A stretch of 61,896 nucleotides of DNA from an uncultured Candidatus Saccharibacteria bacterium. Its GTDB lineage: Bacteria > Patescibacteriota > Minisyncoccia > UBA6257 > 2-01-FULL-56-20. The stretch is from assembly GCA_965231155.1 (NCBI GenBank), contig OZ246418.1, forward strand, positions 746,194-808,089. Reading direction: 5' to 3'. Below, piece after piece: positions 43,904 to 54,291 of this stretch. Within the stretch, counting starts at the first letter, position 1. Each line of letters begins with the position of its first letter. The notes under the pieces were generated by a model. That model did no database searches and was not told the DNA's origin. It saw only the letters and a list, made by a program, of their open reading frames with translations. The translations under genes were made by a program, and so were the position numbers.

Positions 43904-44632
43904 ATGCCAGCTGTCCTTACCGTAAAAAAACTCAACGTAACATTCGAAGACAATCTCGTTCTTGGAGATGTCAGCTTCACCCTCGCCAAAGGAGAAAGCT
44001 TGGCAATCATTGGACCCAACGGCTCGGGAAAAAGTGTTCTCATAAAATCACTACTCGGACTACTCCCCTATAAAGGAGAGATTGCCTGGGCGAAAGATAT
44101 AAGAATTGGTTATGTGCCTCAGAAAATCGACGCCGACCGTCACCTCCCCATCACGCTCACAAACCTCCTCGAAGCCAAAGCGCGTGTTCTTGGTATTCAG
44201 AAAGAAGAAGTTCTCGAAACTTGCAAAACAGTCGGTCTCACCCCTCAGGCTCTTCAAACTCCAGTCGGTCATCTTTCCGGTGGTCAGTTTCAAAAAGGGT
44301 TGATCGCCTTAGCCTTGCTCGGTAACCCTCAGGTCATCATTCTTGATGAACCGACCGCAAGTTTAGATCAGTCGTCAGAGGAACATGTCTACGAACTCAT
44401 CCATCGCCTCCAAGGTCAGTACCACCTTACAGTGATCATCGTCTCTCACGATCTGAGTATGGTCTACCACAAAACCCACAAAGTCCTCTGCCTTAATAAG
44501 CAGATGCTCTGTTTCGGCGAGCCGCAAAAAGTTCTTGATCCGAAAAATCTAAAACAAGCATTCGGGGCACCGATGGATTATTACGATCACCTCCACCCAA
44601 CAAAGAAGATAACGAATCAAAAAACAAAATGA
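43904..44632 (+). CDS. metal (Zn/Mn-type) ABC transporter ATP-binding protein
   Basis: Walker A GPNGSGKS, LSGGQFQK and ILDEPTASLD motifs, coupled to an ABC-3 permease. Confidence 0.85.
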   Translation: MPAVLTVKKLNVTFEDNLVLGDVSFTLAKGESLAIIGPNGSGKSVLIKSLLGLLPYKGEIAWAKDIRIGYVPQKIDADRHLPITLTNLLEAKARVLGIQKEEVLETCKTVGLTPQALQTPVGHLSGGQFQKGLIALALLGNPQVIILDEPTASLDQSSEEHVYELIHRLQGQYHLTVIIVSHDLSMVYHKTHKVLCLNKQMLCFGEPQKVLDPKNLKQAFGAPMDYYDHLHPTKKITNQKTK

Positions 44633-45399
44633 TTATAAACGGCGAAATATACTCAGTTGTCCTGGCGCTGGCCGTGGCTGTGGCCGCCGGATTGGTCGGT
44701 AGCTTCGCGCTCATGAAGCGAATGAGTCTGGCTGGTGATGTGGTTTCTCATATCGCCCTTCCGGGGTTGGGATTAGCGTTTCTTTTCCAGGCAAATCCTT
44801 TGATCGGCGGAGGCATATCTCTTTTCCTTGGCACCCTCCTTGTCTGGCAACTTCAGAAATCATCAAGTCTCTCTACGGAAACTGCCATAGGAACTATCTT
44901 TGTGGGATCAATCGCCATCGGTACCCTTCTCACTCCTGAAGAAGAATTAATCGAAGCGCTCTTTGGTGGCTTTGCGCCAATCGATATCACCGGATTTATG
45001 CTTGGGCTTTTTGCAGTGATGGTGATTATCAGTTTCATTCTCGCCTATCGAGACGAGTTAATCCTGAGTCTCTTCTCTCCCGAGCTTGCAACTACCAGCG
45101 GTATCAATGTAAATCGCCTCAATCTTCTCTATCTTCTAATTTTTAGCTTAACAATTCTCGTCGCTCTACAGTTCCTTGGTGCGTTATTGGTGGGAGCGCT
45201 GATCATCGTCCCGGCAGCCATTGGACGACAACTCACCCACACCCTCGATGCGTTTCTCTCCGCCTCAGCGCTATCTGCTATCTTATCTGTCGCTCTCGGC
45301 TTCCTGTTTAGTCACAACTTCCAGATTGAACTCGGCCCAACAATCGTCAGTGTGTCGGCTGTTCTTTTTGCCCTCAGCCTTCTCAAGAAGAAGCAATAA
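44629..45399 (+). CDS. metal ABC transporter permease (ABC-3 / ZnuB-TroCD family)
   Basis: Eight or so TM segments, typical length, and a 4-nt overlap with the ATPase gene. No substrate-binding protein gene is adjacent. Confidence 0.85.
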   Translation: MIINGEIYSVVLALAVAVAAGLVGSFALMKRMSLAGDVVSHIALPGLGLAFLFQANPLIGGGISLFLGTLLVWQLQKSSSLSTETAIGTIFVGSIAIGTLLTPEEELIEALFGGFAPIDITGFMLGLFAVMVIISFILAYRDELILSLFSPELATTSGINVNRLNLLYLLIFSLTILVALQFLGALLVGALIIVPAAIGRQLTHTLDAFLSASALSAILSVALGFLFSHNFQIELGPTIVSVSAVLFALSLLKKKQ

Positions 45400-45420
45400 T
45401 TAATCGCACGGAGCGAAAAA

Positions 45421-45494
45421 TGGAGCGGGGTACGGGAATCGGACCCGCGTCTATAGCTTGGGAAGCTATCGTACTACCACTGTACTAACCCCGC
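45421..45494 (-). tRNA. tRNA-Gly (anticodon CCC), CCA encoded
   Basis: The reverse complement is GCGGGGTTAGTACAGTGGTAGTACGATAGCTTCCCAAGCTATAGACGCGGGTCCGATTCCCGTACCCCGCTCCA. Confidence 0.9.
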
Positions 45495-45539
45495 GTTACA
45501 AACCCAAATTACTCTACGGTTTTTTCGAAAATTCAGCAA

Positions 45540-46121
45540 TTATCGCACTCTTACCTCGCGTCCATCCCAGTAGAACACCTGGGAGAATATTGTGACTGAG
45601 GTGGTCTTTTTCTGCTCTAACAACCAATCCTCAAGTCGCATTGATTTTAGAAATAACCGACCCGAAAAAAGATCCCGAGTAACCTGGGGTTCTAAAATCT
45701 CTTTCTTAAACTGATCAAGATTGAATCCATATTTTTTCCCCTCCTCTTCCATTACTGCCTTTTGAGTCATAAAATCACTCAACCTCTGAGCTCTCAGTGA
45801 TCCTAAGCGATCAGCGAACTCAAGACGAGCACCCCTTTCTATGAACTGTGCCTCAATCAGTCCTTCGAGTACGGAAACAACAAGATCTTTATCTTTCAGT
45901 ACAGAGTTAATCGTTGAAGTCGATTGCTTCTGACTTTCATAATTTTCTGCAGCACTGAGATGTAGCCTAAACTTTCTGGCGGTAACCCATTCACCGTTCA
46001 CTATAGCGATCGGATAAAAACCAGTGTAGCCAATAATAATAACGAGGGCGAGCAAGATGCTCGAACCAATGAGGAAAGGCCGACGATATAATCTAGTTAG
46101 TTCTCGGAGTCGTGCTCTCAT
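45540..46121 (-). CDS. hypothetical membrane-anchored protein
   Basis: One N-terminal TM segment followed by a helical soluble part; family not recognised. Confidence 0.55.
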   Translation of the reverse strand: MRARLRELTRLYRRPFLIGSSILLALVIIIGYTGFYPIAIVNGEWVTARKFRLHLSAAENYESQKQSTSTINSVLKDKDLVVSVLEGLIEAQFIERGARLEFADRLGSLRAQRLSDFMTQKAVMEEEGKKYGFNLDQFKKEILEPQVTRDLFSGRLFLKSMRLEDWLLEQKKTTSVTIFSQVFYWDGREVRVR

Positions 46122-46386
46122 GAGGAGGAATTATAATTAATACTTTTTCATCTGGTCGACGGTAATTAAACTGTTCTCGAACGGCCTGCTCAATGTTCGC
46201 TGGCTGATCATAATTTCTTAATTTTTCTTTCAGTTCATCTCGGGCAACAGTCGCCTTCTCCAGTTTTTCCTTGGTAGTCTGAAATTCTTGATTCAGGGCC
46301 TCTTCACGACTCTTAAAAATCGCTACCTGCATAATTAAAAAACCAGCGACTAGAGTAAAGACCACAATAGCAATTGCTCTCATCAT
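46093..46386 (-). CDS. septum formation initiator-like protein (FtsB/DivIC family)
   Basis: N-terminal TM segment, a coiled coil, then ...REQFNYRRPDEKVLII. Confidence 0.65.
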   Translation of the reverse strand: MMRAIAIVVFTLVAGFLIMQVAIFKSREEALNQEFQTTKEKLEKATVARDELKEKLRNYDQPANIEQAVREQFNYRRPDEKVLIIIPPHESTTPRTN

Positions 46387-46447
46387 TACCTATAAAAGAA
46401 TAGTCGAAGTCTCTGAAAATATCGAGTCTGACAAATTCATCTCCCCC

Positions 46448-48220
46448 CTACTTCTTCAGAATCTCGCGGATAACCTCTGGACTGATCGTGACCCTTCCTG
46501 ATTCCTGAAGTTTTTCCTTACCGCGTTTCTGTTTTTTCCATAACTTCATCTTACGAGTAATGTCACCACCATTTTTTCCGAAATCTCCAAGTTTTTTCTT
46601 CATGGCCGGGATAGTTTCCCGCGCAATGATTCTTCCCCAGGCTTTGGCTTGAATCGGCTGACTGAACTGCTGTTTCGGCAGTAAATCCTTCAGGCGCTCC
46701 ACCATCTCCCGACCTTCTCGTTCGGCATCTTTGCGTGGCACAATTCGAGATAGTGCTGGCACTACATCATCCTTTACTAAAATTTCCAACTTCTCCACCT
46801 CAGCCTCTTCAGCCTCGATGAGTTCATAGTGGAACGAAGCATAGCCCGCTGTAACCGACTTCATCGTATTATCAAACCCACGCATCAACTCGGCCAGCGG
46901 CATCTTGCCAATGAGAAGCAAGTCGTCACCAAAATTCTTGGTTTCTACAATTTCAAGGCTATAGATCTTAGTCAGTCCCAAGACGCCGTTCAGATACTCA
47001 GCGGGAGTGACTATATCCAACTGAATCATCGGCTGGAAAACTTTATCTGGTTTTTCTGGAAACTCGGCCGGTTGCTTAATAATTCGCTCGACTCCTTTCT
47101 CAATAATACGGTAGGCCACTGAAGGCAAGCTAGTCGAAAAATCAGCATGGAACTCATCTTCCAACCGACTAGCGGTGATTTCAAAATGGAGCTGTCCCAA
47201 AAAACCAACTTTAAACCCACGACCAAGTACTTCATTTGTTTCTGGCTCAAAACTTAAGGCGGCATCATTCAAACGTAACCGCCCCAAGGCTTGGCGAAGA
47301 TCCTCAAACGAGGTCTGTCCCTGAGGATAGAACGATACGAAGACGACTGGTGAGGGCTCACGATATCCCTGTAAAGCTCCTGAGCCAGATTCTGGGGAGA
47401 TCAAGGTATCACCAATAGTCACGGCAGCTGGCTCTTTGAGACCAGTGGCCACATAGCCGATTTCACCGGCCAAGAGTTCTTTGCCCGGAGTAAGACGCGG
47501 ACTAAATGTACCAACTTCTTTTACTTCAAATGTTTTTCCAGTGGCCGCGAGAGTAATCTTGTCACCAGGACGAATCCTTCCACCCATAATACGCACAAAA
47601 GCGACGATACCTTTGTGATCATCGTAGAGAGAATCAAAAATTAATCCTTGCAACTTATCAGACACAACTACTGGCGATGGAACATTTTCCACCACTTTTT
47701 GTAAAACCTCCGCCACACCTTCTCCAGTCTTTGCGGAAACCCGCACGATATCTTCCGGTCTCTGGTCAATTAGCTTAGCCAAGAGCGAGATAATTTTCTC
47801 GGCATTTGGCGAAGGCATATCAATTTTATTTACGGCCCCGACAATCTTTAGCCCTAAATTTTTGGCAAACCGAAAGTTGGCCAAGGTCTGAGCCTGGATG
47901 CCTTTAGTAATATCAACGAGAAGAAGCGCACCTTCGACGGCCTTCAGCGCACGCGAGACTTCATACGAGAAATCGGAATGCCCTGGTGTATCGATGAGAT
48001 GCAACGCATATCGTTCGCCGTTCAGCTCATAGTTCATCCGGACTGGTGCCATCTTAATGGTAATTCCCCGCTCTCGCTCTAAAGAAAGCTGGTCGAGATA
48101 CTGCGCCTTCATAAGACGAGCTTCCACGGTCTTGGTCGTCTCTAAGAGCCGATCCGCGAGGGTCGACTTGCCACTATCAATATGAGCAATAATCACAAAG
48201 TTCCTGATTTTTTCGAGCAT
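46448..48220 (-). CDS. lepA: elongation factor 4 (LepA)
   Basis: IRNFVIIAHIDSGKSTLADRLL, DTPGHSDF and NKID motifs plus the LepA C-terminal domain. ATG at 48220 is preferred over TTG at 48226. Confidence 0.95.
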   Translation of the reverse strand: MLEKIRNFVIIAHIDSGKSTLADRLLETTKTVEARLMKAQYLDQLSLERERGITIKMAPVRMNYELNGERYALHLIDTPGHSDFSYEVSRALKAVEGALLLVDITKGIQAQTLANFRFAKNLGLKIVGAVNKIDMPSPNAEKIISLLAKLIDQRPEDIVRVSAKTGEGVAEVLQKVVENVPSPVVVSDKLQGLIFDSLYDDHKGIVAFVRIMGGRIRPGDKITLAATGKTFEVKEVGTFSPRLTPGKELLAGEIGYVATGLKEPAAVTIGDTLISPESGSGALQGYREPSPVVFVSFYPQGQTSFEDLRQALGRLRLNDAALSFEPETNEVLGRGFKVGFLGQLHFEITASRLEDEFHADFSTSLPSVAYRIIEKGVERIIKQPAEFPEKPDKVFQPMIQLDIVTPAEYLNGVLGLTKIYSLEIVETKNFGDDLLLIGKMPLAELMRGFDNTMKSVTAGYASFHYELIEAEEAEVEKLEILVKDDVVPALSRIVPRKDAEREGREMVERLKDLLPKQQFSQPIQAKAWGRIIARETIPAMKKKLGDFGKNGGDITRKMKLWKKQKRGKEKLQESGRVTISPEVIREILKK

Positions 48221-48306
48221 ATTCAAACAAAAACCGCCTATGGCGATATAGGCTCAGAATAGCACTTGAGGAGGTCTCGAATCAACTAAGACGAGATAAA
48301 TATATA

Positions 48307-50376
48307 CTAGATCTTCTCTAACGTGAGATTAATAGTCACACGGCCTGGAATATCCTCGGTCTTATATTCATAAATCGGCAGTTGATTCTCTTTGAAGTGG
48401 TAGCCTACTGGAGCATCAATTTCGAAGTTATAACTCCCCTCAGTTCCGGCCTGCTTCTCAAAAACAAAGGTATACGGCATTCCCTCAGCCACTGGTTGCG
48501 GAAGTCGATATTCATAATCCAAAACCACTTTTGTTTCCTTCCCTGCTTCGGTCACATTCCAACCGGCGACACCCATCTTTCCTGACTCCTCGAAAGTCTG
48601 AATAGCTGGCATCGCGATAAGATTTTTGAAAGTTGCCTCGAACGCGCTTAATGTCTGATCGAGCGCGAACTCACTCCCGTATGATCGAGTAGAAGGAGTA
48701 CGCTCAGTGAAACCGCTCGATCCCAAGATCTGACTCCCAGCCGGAATCAAAGCTCGGAAATAGTTGCGATTCGGGACCTTGTACCATCGTTCTGTTTCTT
48801 TATTGCCAGCATGCTTGCGGAGAATAGTCAGATTGTGACTGACTCGACCGTCAGCTTCGATCTGGGCTCGCAAAGAAACAGTTCGTCTCATCACATAGTT
48901 GGTCTTCTCTCCACCAATCGTGCTATCAACAAGGGCCAGATAGTCATTATTCTGGGTTGGCGCCTCCGAAGTAACCATGCCATCAGCACCAGCAAACCGA
49001 ATGATTGATTGCAGTTCTGGATCACGACTAAACACTTGGATATCCTTATACCGAATCCAATCCACGAAAGTTCCAGAAAGATCAGAACGTTCTTGTTCTG
49101 ATAAATTAAGAAGTCGTTCGCGAATAACCGCAACAACCTCTCCAAGAATACTCTTCGGTGCCTCTGCTGAGGCAGCACGCTCCTTCACCACGTCATTCTG
49201 GATTTCTCTTAGGAAATTTTCTGCGGTGAGGGTTAACTTTCTCTCTTCGAGTTCAATTGGTCCTGTGGTCGCTAAAATATCCTCAAGCACCCGAGGCGAG
49301 ATGGCGATGAAGGTATCGAACTGCGTTCCAGAAGCCTTATATAAATCCGACTTACCTAAAAAGGCTAACGTTTGAGATGCGGACTGAGGAAAATCAAAAA
49401 ACCAGTTGGCATCAGCAGCTCGCCAGTTCTTCACAATATACTGCAATGGTTTTGGTGGAACAATTGATTCAGAGAACTCCTTATCAGCCTCCGTCACATC
49501 TCGAACTTGAATATCCTGCACGGTACCATTTTCTAATGTCACCTCAGCATAGCTTCCAAAGAATCCTCCCGCGGGACGCATCTCTGAGGAATTATAGAAG
49601 GCCAGAACAACGCGATGAGGCTTTTCTAGCCAGCTAATACCACTCTTCAAGAGATCCGACATTCGATTAAGACTTGCTCCTAATACGAGATATTCGGAAA
49701 AATCTAAAGGCAAGGCGTCACGCACAGAACTTAAGGCAGAGGATAGCTCCTTATTATTCCCTTCTAAACTTGCCAGTTGAGCTTGAATTTTCTTGAGAGT
49801 CGGCAAAGGCCCTGGTTCTTTTTCAAAAAAGATCCCAGGCATCCGATCAAACAAGTCGGAGGTCTCAGTAGCTAACGACTTGTAGTTCTCGAAAGTACTT
49901 CGAAAACGATCGAGCACCTCACCACCACGAACAAAAAATGTCCAGATATCAGAAAGGTTGGCTTTCTTTATCAATGAGCCAACGGATGGTGGCGCGGAGG
50001 ATTCACTGCTACCATCAGTTCCACCACTCACTGATGTCTCTGCGCCAAAAGGCAGCGCAAAGGAAAAATTATGTGTGGATATCTCTCGCGCGGCAACAAT
50101 CGCTTGAGCTGCTCGTTCTCCCAGTAGACTGAAACGCATCACCACAAAGCCAATCACGAGAACCGTCACCAGAGAACCTAGTAAAAAAAATGCCCGTTTC
50201 ATTTCTGGAATGGTCTTTTTTACTTTCGTCGCTGGACGTAGTTCGGGTACCGCATCACTCGGAGTTTTTGGCTTGAGTAAAATCGGCGCCAGTTCTCCTT
50301 CTCCGGGAAGAGCTTGTGGTGGACGCACATCAGAAAGTTGCTGTGGCCGTGGGGGTTGCACTTTTGATTCTGCCAT
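48307..50376 (-). CDS. DUF4012-like large extracytoplasmic protein with an N-terminal TM anchor
   Basis: Pro-rich cytoplasmic N-terminus, one TM segment, and a ~600-aa domain (NSSEMRPAGGFFGSYAEV...). Confidence 0.65.
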   Translation of the reverse strand: MAESKVQPPRPQQLSDVRPPQALPGEGELAPILLKPKTPSDAVPELRPATKVKKTIPEMKRAFFLLGSLVTVLVIGFVVMRFSLLGERAAQAIVAAREISTHNFSFALPFGAETSVSGGTDGSSESSAPPSVGSLIKKANLSDIWTFFVRGGEVLDRFRSTFENYKSLATETSDLFDRMPGIFFEKEPGPLPTLKKIQAQLASLEGNNKELSSALSSVRDALPLDFSEYLVLGASLNRMSDLLKSGISWLEKPHRVVLAFYNSSEMRPAGGFFGSYAEVTLENGTVQDIQVRDVTEADKEFSESIVPPKPLQYIVKNWRAADANWFFDFPQSASQTLAFLGKSDLYKASGTQFDTFIAISPRVLEDILATTGPIELEERKLTLTAENFLREIQNDVVKERAASAEAPKSILGEVVAVIRERLLNLSEQERSDLSGTFVDWIRYKDIQVFSRDPELQSIIRFAGADGMVTSEAPTQNNDYLALVDSTIGGEKTNYVMRRTVSLRAQIEADGRVSHNLTILRKHAGNKETERWYKVPNRNYFRALIPAGSQILGSSGFTERTPSTRSYGSEFALDQTLSAFEATFKNLIAMPAIQTFEESGKMGVAGWNVTEAGKETKVVLDYEYRLPQPVAEGMPYTFVFEKQAGTEGSYNFEIDAPVGYHFKENQLPIYEYKTEDIPGRVTINLTLEKI

Positions 50377-50436
50377 AACTGTTTAATTGTAAACGACAAC
50401 AAGAACTTAGGCGAGTCTGAAACAATACTATTTTTT

Positions 50437-51999
50437 TTATTTTAAACTCAGGAGTTTGAGTACTTGCGCTCGATCAACGGCCCAAAGAAAAGTTCCGAGC
50501 CGAGGACCAGTATCTTTTCCGATAAGTAGGTGATAGACATCTTTAAAAAACTCTCGCTGTTCTTTTTTCAGTTCTGCCTCACTCATGTTCTGATCTTTTG
50601 GTATCTGATAGGCCAAGAATTCCAGGTCGGCAATACTGGCTTCCGGTTTGGCCGTAAGTTCTTCGTGTAAACGTTGAATGAATTTTTTTCGTTTATCATC
50701 CATTCCTTCAAAATACTCTTTGTTCGGTTGATCATTCAGAACCACCACTTCATCGGGGTTGTACTTCATTAACCAGTTTTTAGCCAATGGAAGTCGCTGG
50801 GAAATTATATTTTTGTCATAGTCCAGTCCGAGTTCCCTTAAGACGGTCGCCAACTTGTCCTCCTGCCACTGCACGATCTGACCAAAACCAACTAACTGGC
50901 GAAAAGAAACTGCTTGATTGATGCCATGATCTTTATCGTACTCGTCGTACTGTCGATAGATTTCAGAATCGAACGCTAGCTCGAACGACTGATCTGGATC
51001 CTTGCGCTGATACAACCACAACAAAAGTTTGGGGTCATAGATATCAAGTAAATCGAGCGGGGAAACCGCATTACCTTTTGAACCTGACATCTTCGCACCT
51101 AATCCCCTGATTCCCACGAACATGTAGCCAACAAATATCGGTGGAATAATTTTAAAAATATCTTCCGCCAGACGAGAGGACACGTCATAACTGCCTCCGG
51201 GAGAGGCATGATCAACTCCGCCAGGTTCAAAACGAACTTTTTCGTAGCCCCAGCGCATTGGCCAGTCAACTTTCCAGCTCAACTTGGCGATATGATCTTT
51301 CCTTAAATCCACCGTGTCTTCTTTCTTGGCTTCAGCACAGTAATAAGTCACGGTCATATCTCCATCGTATTTTAAGATCTTGGTCGAATCTTTCCCCGTG
51401 AACCGAGAGTAAATCGAAATCGGGTAGAAATTTTCGCGGTAGACATTAGCATCAATTCCTTTCTCCTTCATAGCTTTTTCGGTCATAAAGGAAAGGAGGA
51501 CGTCGGCAATCTTTTGTCGCTCATTCATTGCCAACTTGATGTGCTCATCATATGTTCCGCTCTCATAAAGTTCGGTCTGATTCCGATATTCGATCTCTAT
51601 ACCAAGTTTTTGCATGGCTTCCATAAACGGCTGCTGGAACCGTTCGGCGTAGGAAGATAACTCGCCAAATGGATCGGGAATCTTCGAAAGTGGTTTTCCA
51701 ATGTGTTCGGCAAAACTTTCTGGCACACCTGCGGGCACTTTGCGCAAGCGATCAAAGTTATCCCAAGAAAAAATCAGTCGGGCTTTCTTACCTTTTTCTT
51801 TGAGCGCCTCACGAACCATATGCGCGGTGATGACGTCGCGGAAGTTTCCAAAGTGCACCACGCCCGAAGGACTGATGCCCGCCGCCACGGTATAGAGATC
51901 TTCATCTTTGTGCCGTGCAAGAACCTCCTCGGCGACCGCCGAAGCCCAGGGTTTGCCGTTCTTCATAGTTGATAGATTGAATCGGTGAGAATCTGGCAT
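50437..51999 (-). CDS. lysS: lysine--tRNA ligase, class I
   Basis: A HIGH-like GVVHFGNFRDV motif, KMSGSKGN (KMSKS) and class I LysK architecture. Confidence 0.9.
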   Translation of the reverse strand: MPDSHRFNLSTMKNGKPWASAVAEEVLARHKDEDLYTVAAGISPSGVVHFGNFRDVITAHMVREALKEKGKKARLIFSWDNFDRLRKVPAGVPESFAEHIGKPLSKIPDPFGELSSYAERFQQPFMEAMQKLGIEIEYRNQTELYESGTYDEHIKLAMNERQKIADVLLSFMTEKAMKEKGIDANVYRENFYPISIYSRFTGKDSTKILKYDGDMTVTYYCAEAKKEDTVDLRKDHIAKLSWKVDWPMRWGYEKVRFEPGGVDHASPGGSYDVSSRLAEDIFKIIPPIFVGYMFVGIRGLGAKMSGSKGNAVSPLDLLDIYDPKLLLWLYQRKDPDQSFELAFDSEIYRQYDEYDKDHGINQAVSFRQLVGFGQIVQWQEDKLATVLRELGLDYDKNIISQRLPLAKNWLMKYNPDEVVVLNDQPNKEYFEGMDDKRKKFIQRLHEELTAKPEASIADLEFLAYQIPKDQNMSEAELKKEQREFFKDVYHLLIGKDTGPRLGTFLWAVDRAQVLKLLSLK

Positions 52000-52032
52000 A
52001 AGTCCCTGAATTCTAGCGGATTTTTAATAAAT

Positions 52033-52061
52033 AAAAAAGTCTCGCGATGTTCTGCGAGACT
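52033..52061 (-). terminator. intrinsic terminator of 52117-52533
   Basis: The minus strand reads AGTCTCGC-agaacatc-GCGAGACT followed by TTTTTTATTT. Confidence 0.7.
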
Positions 52062-52116
52062 AGTAGCAAGATTACCACTCTGAATGTACTACCGTCGCCT
52101 TCAGAGAGATGGGAGT

Positions 52117-52533
52117 TTAGGCGGCATCAGCGTCGGCGATGCGAGTCGGCAATGGACGAACGTACGGCGGGGGTATGCGCCCCTCGAGCACATCGATGAC
52201 GAGGTTAAACTCTGGCCCGAATCGGACCTGGGTATCACTACCCGCCTCCGTCCACCACTGACCAAGAACAGAAATGTTGGTCGTTGAACAACCCAACTCT
52301 TTCGCCAGCTTCATAAGAAGCGCTTCGTACTCATCCCTCTCTAAGGGGAAGGTCTGCGGTGCGAGAAACTGACAGACCCCCGGATACTGACGGGAAAGTT
52401 GCGCCCGACGGCTCATGGGCATACTCGCCCAATGAAGTCGCGCGTCAGCGATGCTCATCCCTGGAGGGAAGCCCCCAGCATCCAGGAACTGAGCAAAGCG
52501 CTGGTAGTCCCCGACCGTTTTCAACTTTTTCAT
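52117..52533 (-). CDS. GC-rich hypothetical protein (138 aa)
   Basis: GAAGGAAAG before the ATG, with its own promoter and terminator; no family recognised. Confidence 0.55.
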   Translation of the reverse strand: MKKLKTVGDYQRFAQFLDAGGFPPGMSIADARLHWASMPMSRRAQLSRQYPGVCQFLAPQTFPLERDEYEALLMKLAKELGCSTTNISVLGQWWTEAGSDTQVRFGPEFNLVIDVLEGRIPPPYVRPLPTRIADADAA

Positions 52534-52588
52534 ACCTGACTTTCCTTCTGTCGGGCTCCGAACCGACTAGACATTAGTTGCTGTCAAA

Positions 52589-52617
52589 TATTATGCAAAA
52601 TAATTCTACTTTGTCAA
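52589..52617 (-). promoter_or_regulatory. promoter for 52117-52533
   Basis: TTGACA (52617-52612), 16/17-nt spacer, CATAAT/ATAATA (52595-52589). Confidence 0.5.
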
Positions 52618-52620
52618 TAT

Positions 52621-52648
52621 AAAAAACCAGCCTATAAACTGGTTTTTT
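52621..52648. terminator. bidirectional terminator hairpin; terminates 52672-53025 and abuts the next promoter
   Basis: AAAAAACCAG-cctataaa-CTGGTTTTTT, a perfect 10-bp stem. Confidence 0.7.
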
Positions 52649-52671
52649 ATAAACAATATTCAAAGTAAAAA

Positions 52672-53025
52672 CTAATTACCTGACATCCCCGGAATAGAGT
52701 TCGCAGGCATAATATCAATCCACGCACCAGGAATCTCAAGATGTGGATGCTTCTCAAATGCCTTAGCTGCGATCTCTGGTGATTCAGCTTCGATAATTGA
52801 ATAGAGCATTATGTCGTTTTTCACGCTCGCGACCCCCTCTTTGGTCACTCTCTGAGTTGCACCTGCACCAGAAGTTTCTTTCAAAAGATCCTTGTGTTCA
52901 GTAGCCCACGCCTGCCACTCCTTCTGCATCTTTTCCTCCGCCTCCTTCCGTTCTTCCGCAGGCTTCTGCATCCACTCCGCCATCCCCGCTGCCGGCATCA
53001 TATAGAGAACAATAAATTTTTTCAT
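52672..53025 (-). CDS. hypothetical small protein (about 117 aa)
   Basis: The start is taken at MKKFIVLYMMP; family not recognised with confidence. Confidence 0.55.
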   Translation of the reverse strand: MKKFIVLYMMPAAGMAEWMQKPAEERKEAEEKMQKEWQAWATEHKDLLKETSGAGATQRVTKEGVASVKNDIMLYSIIEAESPEIAAKAFEKHPHLEIPGAWIDIMPANSIPGMSGN

Positions 53026-53066
53026 ACGGTAAAGTATACTCCACTTTCTTACCAAAACTAAATGAA

Positions 53067-53095
53067 TTGACTAAATTGATTATTCCTCGTATAAG
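53067..53095 (+). promoter_or_regulatory. promoter for 53123-53617
   Basis: TTGACT (53067-53072), 17-nt spacer, TATAAG (53090-53095). Confidence 0.55.
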
Positions 53096-53122
53096 TGAAT
53101 CAGTTTCAAGAAAGGAGGGGCA

Positions 53123-53617
53123 ATGGAATTCGGAAACGAGTTTCTAGCCCAATTCGTCGGCGGACAATTCGCCACGTCGGGGAGAAACAACACACTGGAA
53201 CTGTGGGGAGAGATCTCCACAATCACATACGATGGCAGGAGTCTTCGAGTCGAATTCACCTGGTTGGCACGACACGACCCAGTCAGGAAGATTTGGCGCG
53301 AAGAAGATCCCGTTCCATTCACGACACCACTGCAAATCGTCGGACAAGCACCGAACATGATCGGTAGGCCAGTTGTCTTGCATGGAGATGACCATTCCTT
53401 CTGTCTCCTGTCCCCGGACTGTCCGGAGCTCCTCGAAAAGCGAGAAGTTCTTCCCAGAAAGAGCGAAGATCTCGGAGCTCTCGCCAGAGAGCTCGAAACT
53501 CTTCCTCTCGAGGAACTGGATAGACGCGCGAACGATGCCCTATTCCACGAAGGACAGGAGTTGGTTGACGTCTATATCTCAGAATATCGGCGGAGAAACA
53601 TCCCTCTGCCCGCCTGA
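53123..53617 (+). CDS. GC-rich hypothetical protein (164 aa)
   Basis: AAAGGAGGGG lies 4 nt before the ATG and a terminator lies downstream; no family recognised. Confidence 0.55.
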   Translation: MEFGNEFLAQFVGGQFATSGRNNTLELWGEISTITYDGRSLRVEFTWLARHDPVRKIWREEDPVPFTTPLQIVGQAPNMIGRPVVLHGDDHSFCLLSPDCPELLEKREVLPRKSEDLGALARELETLPLEELDRRANDALFHEGQELVDVYISEYRRRNIPLPA

Positions 53618-53622
53618 ATCCC

Positions 53623-53650
53623 AGCGAATGATAAACTCATTCGCTTTTTT
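53623..53650 (+). terminator. intrinsic terminator of 53123-53617
   Basis: AGCGAATG-ataaact-CATTCGCT followed by TTTTTTATTT. Confidence 0.7.
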
Positions 53651-54242
53651 ATTTCCGTCGACGAGATTCGAGCCACTCCGGCACAGGACCAAACAAAATT
53701 GGACAGGTTGATATCTCGGTTCTCGTCACATCGAATATTTTTAAATAAAGACCGTCAGTACTATCAAAAATTGCTTCGCTCCATTCAAGTCCCAATCGAG
53801 ATGATATCTCTTGTACTGCCGTCTCATCTTTCCCTTCGACTTCGATAATCGAATCCAGCCAGGGCCAGGTGTCGAGCATAAGTTCGACGCCATCAAGTTT
53901 CCACAATTCGCGCTTTGTCTCCTGCTCTGATTTCACAATAAGTCCAATAGCCAGCATCAAGGCTTTGGTTTTCTCGTAGTCACTAACTACAACTTCAATT
54001 TCCACCATGCCGTCTATGGTCTCCGCATTTCGCTGCTTAAAAGTAAGTGTAATTTTATCGCCCTCGTCTCGCAACCGCACCCAGGCCGCTTTCTTATCAA
54101 GCCGAAGATCTTCGTAATCAAAAATAGTTCGGCGGATTGATCGCTCGGGATAAACCAACTCCCCTCCTAAACTCTTGAGTTTCTCCCGCAAAACATCGTG
54201 ATTTACACCAACAAATGTAGCTTCAATCTCTTTTTGCATCAT
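53649..54242 (-). CDS. CYTH-domain protein (class IV adenylate cyclase / triphosphatase family)
   Basis: An N-terminal EIEATF (ExExK-like) strand, and the RLRDEGDKITLTFK...E.E... pattern of the triphosphate tunnel fold. The start is taken at MMQKEIEA. Confidence 0.7.
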   Translation of the reverse strand: MMQKEIEATFVGVNHDVLREKLKSLGGELVYPERSIRRTIFDYEDLRLDKKAAWVRLRDEGDKITLTFKQRNAETIDGMVEIEVVVSDYEKTKALMLAIGLIVKSEQETKRELWKLDGVELMLDTWPWLDSIIEVEGKDETAVQEISSRLGLEWSEAIFDSTDGLYLKIFDVTRTEISTCPILFGPVPEWLESRRRK

Positions 54243-54291
54243 AGAAGCATACTCGGAGTTCCAAAATAAAAAAAGATCTCCAATTGGAGAT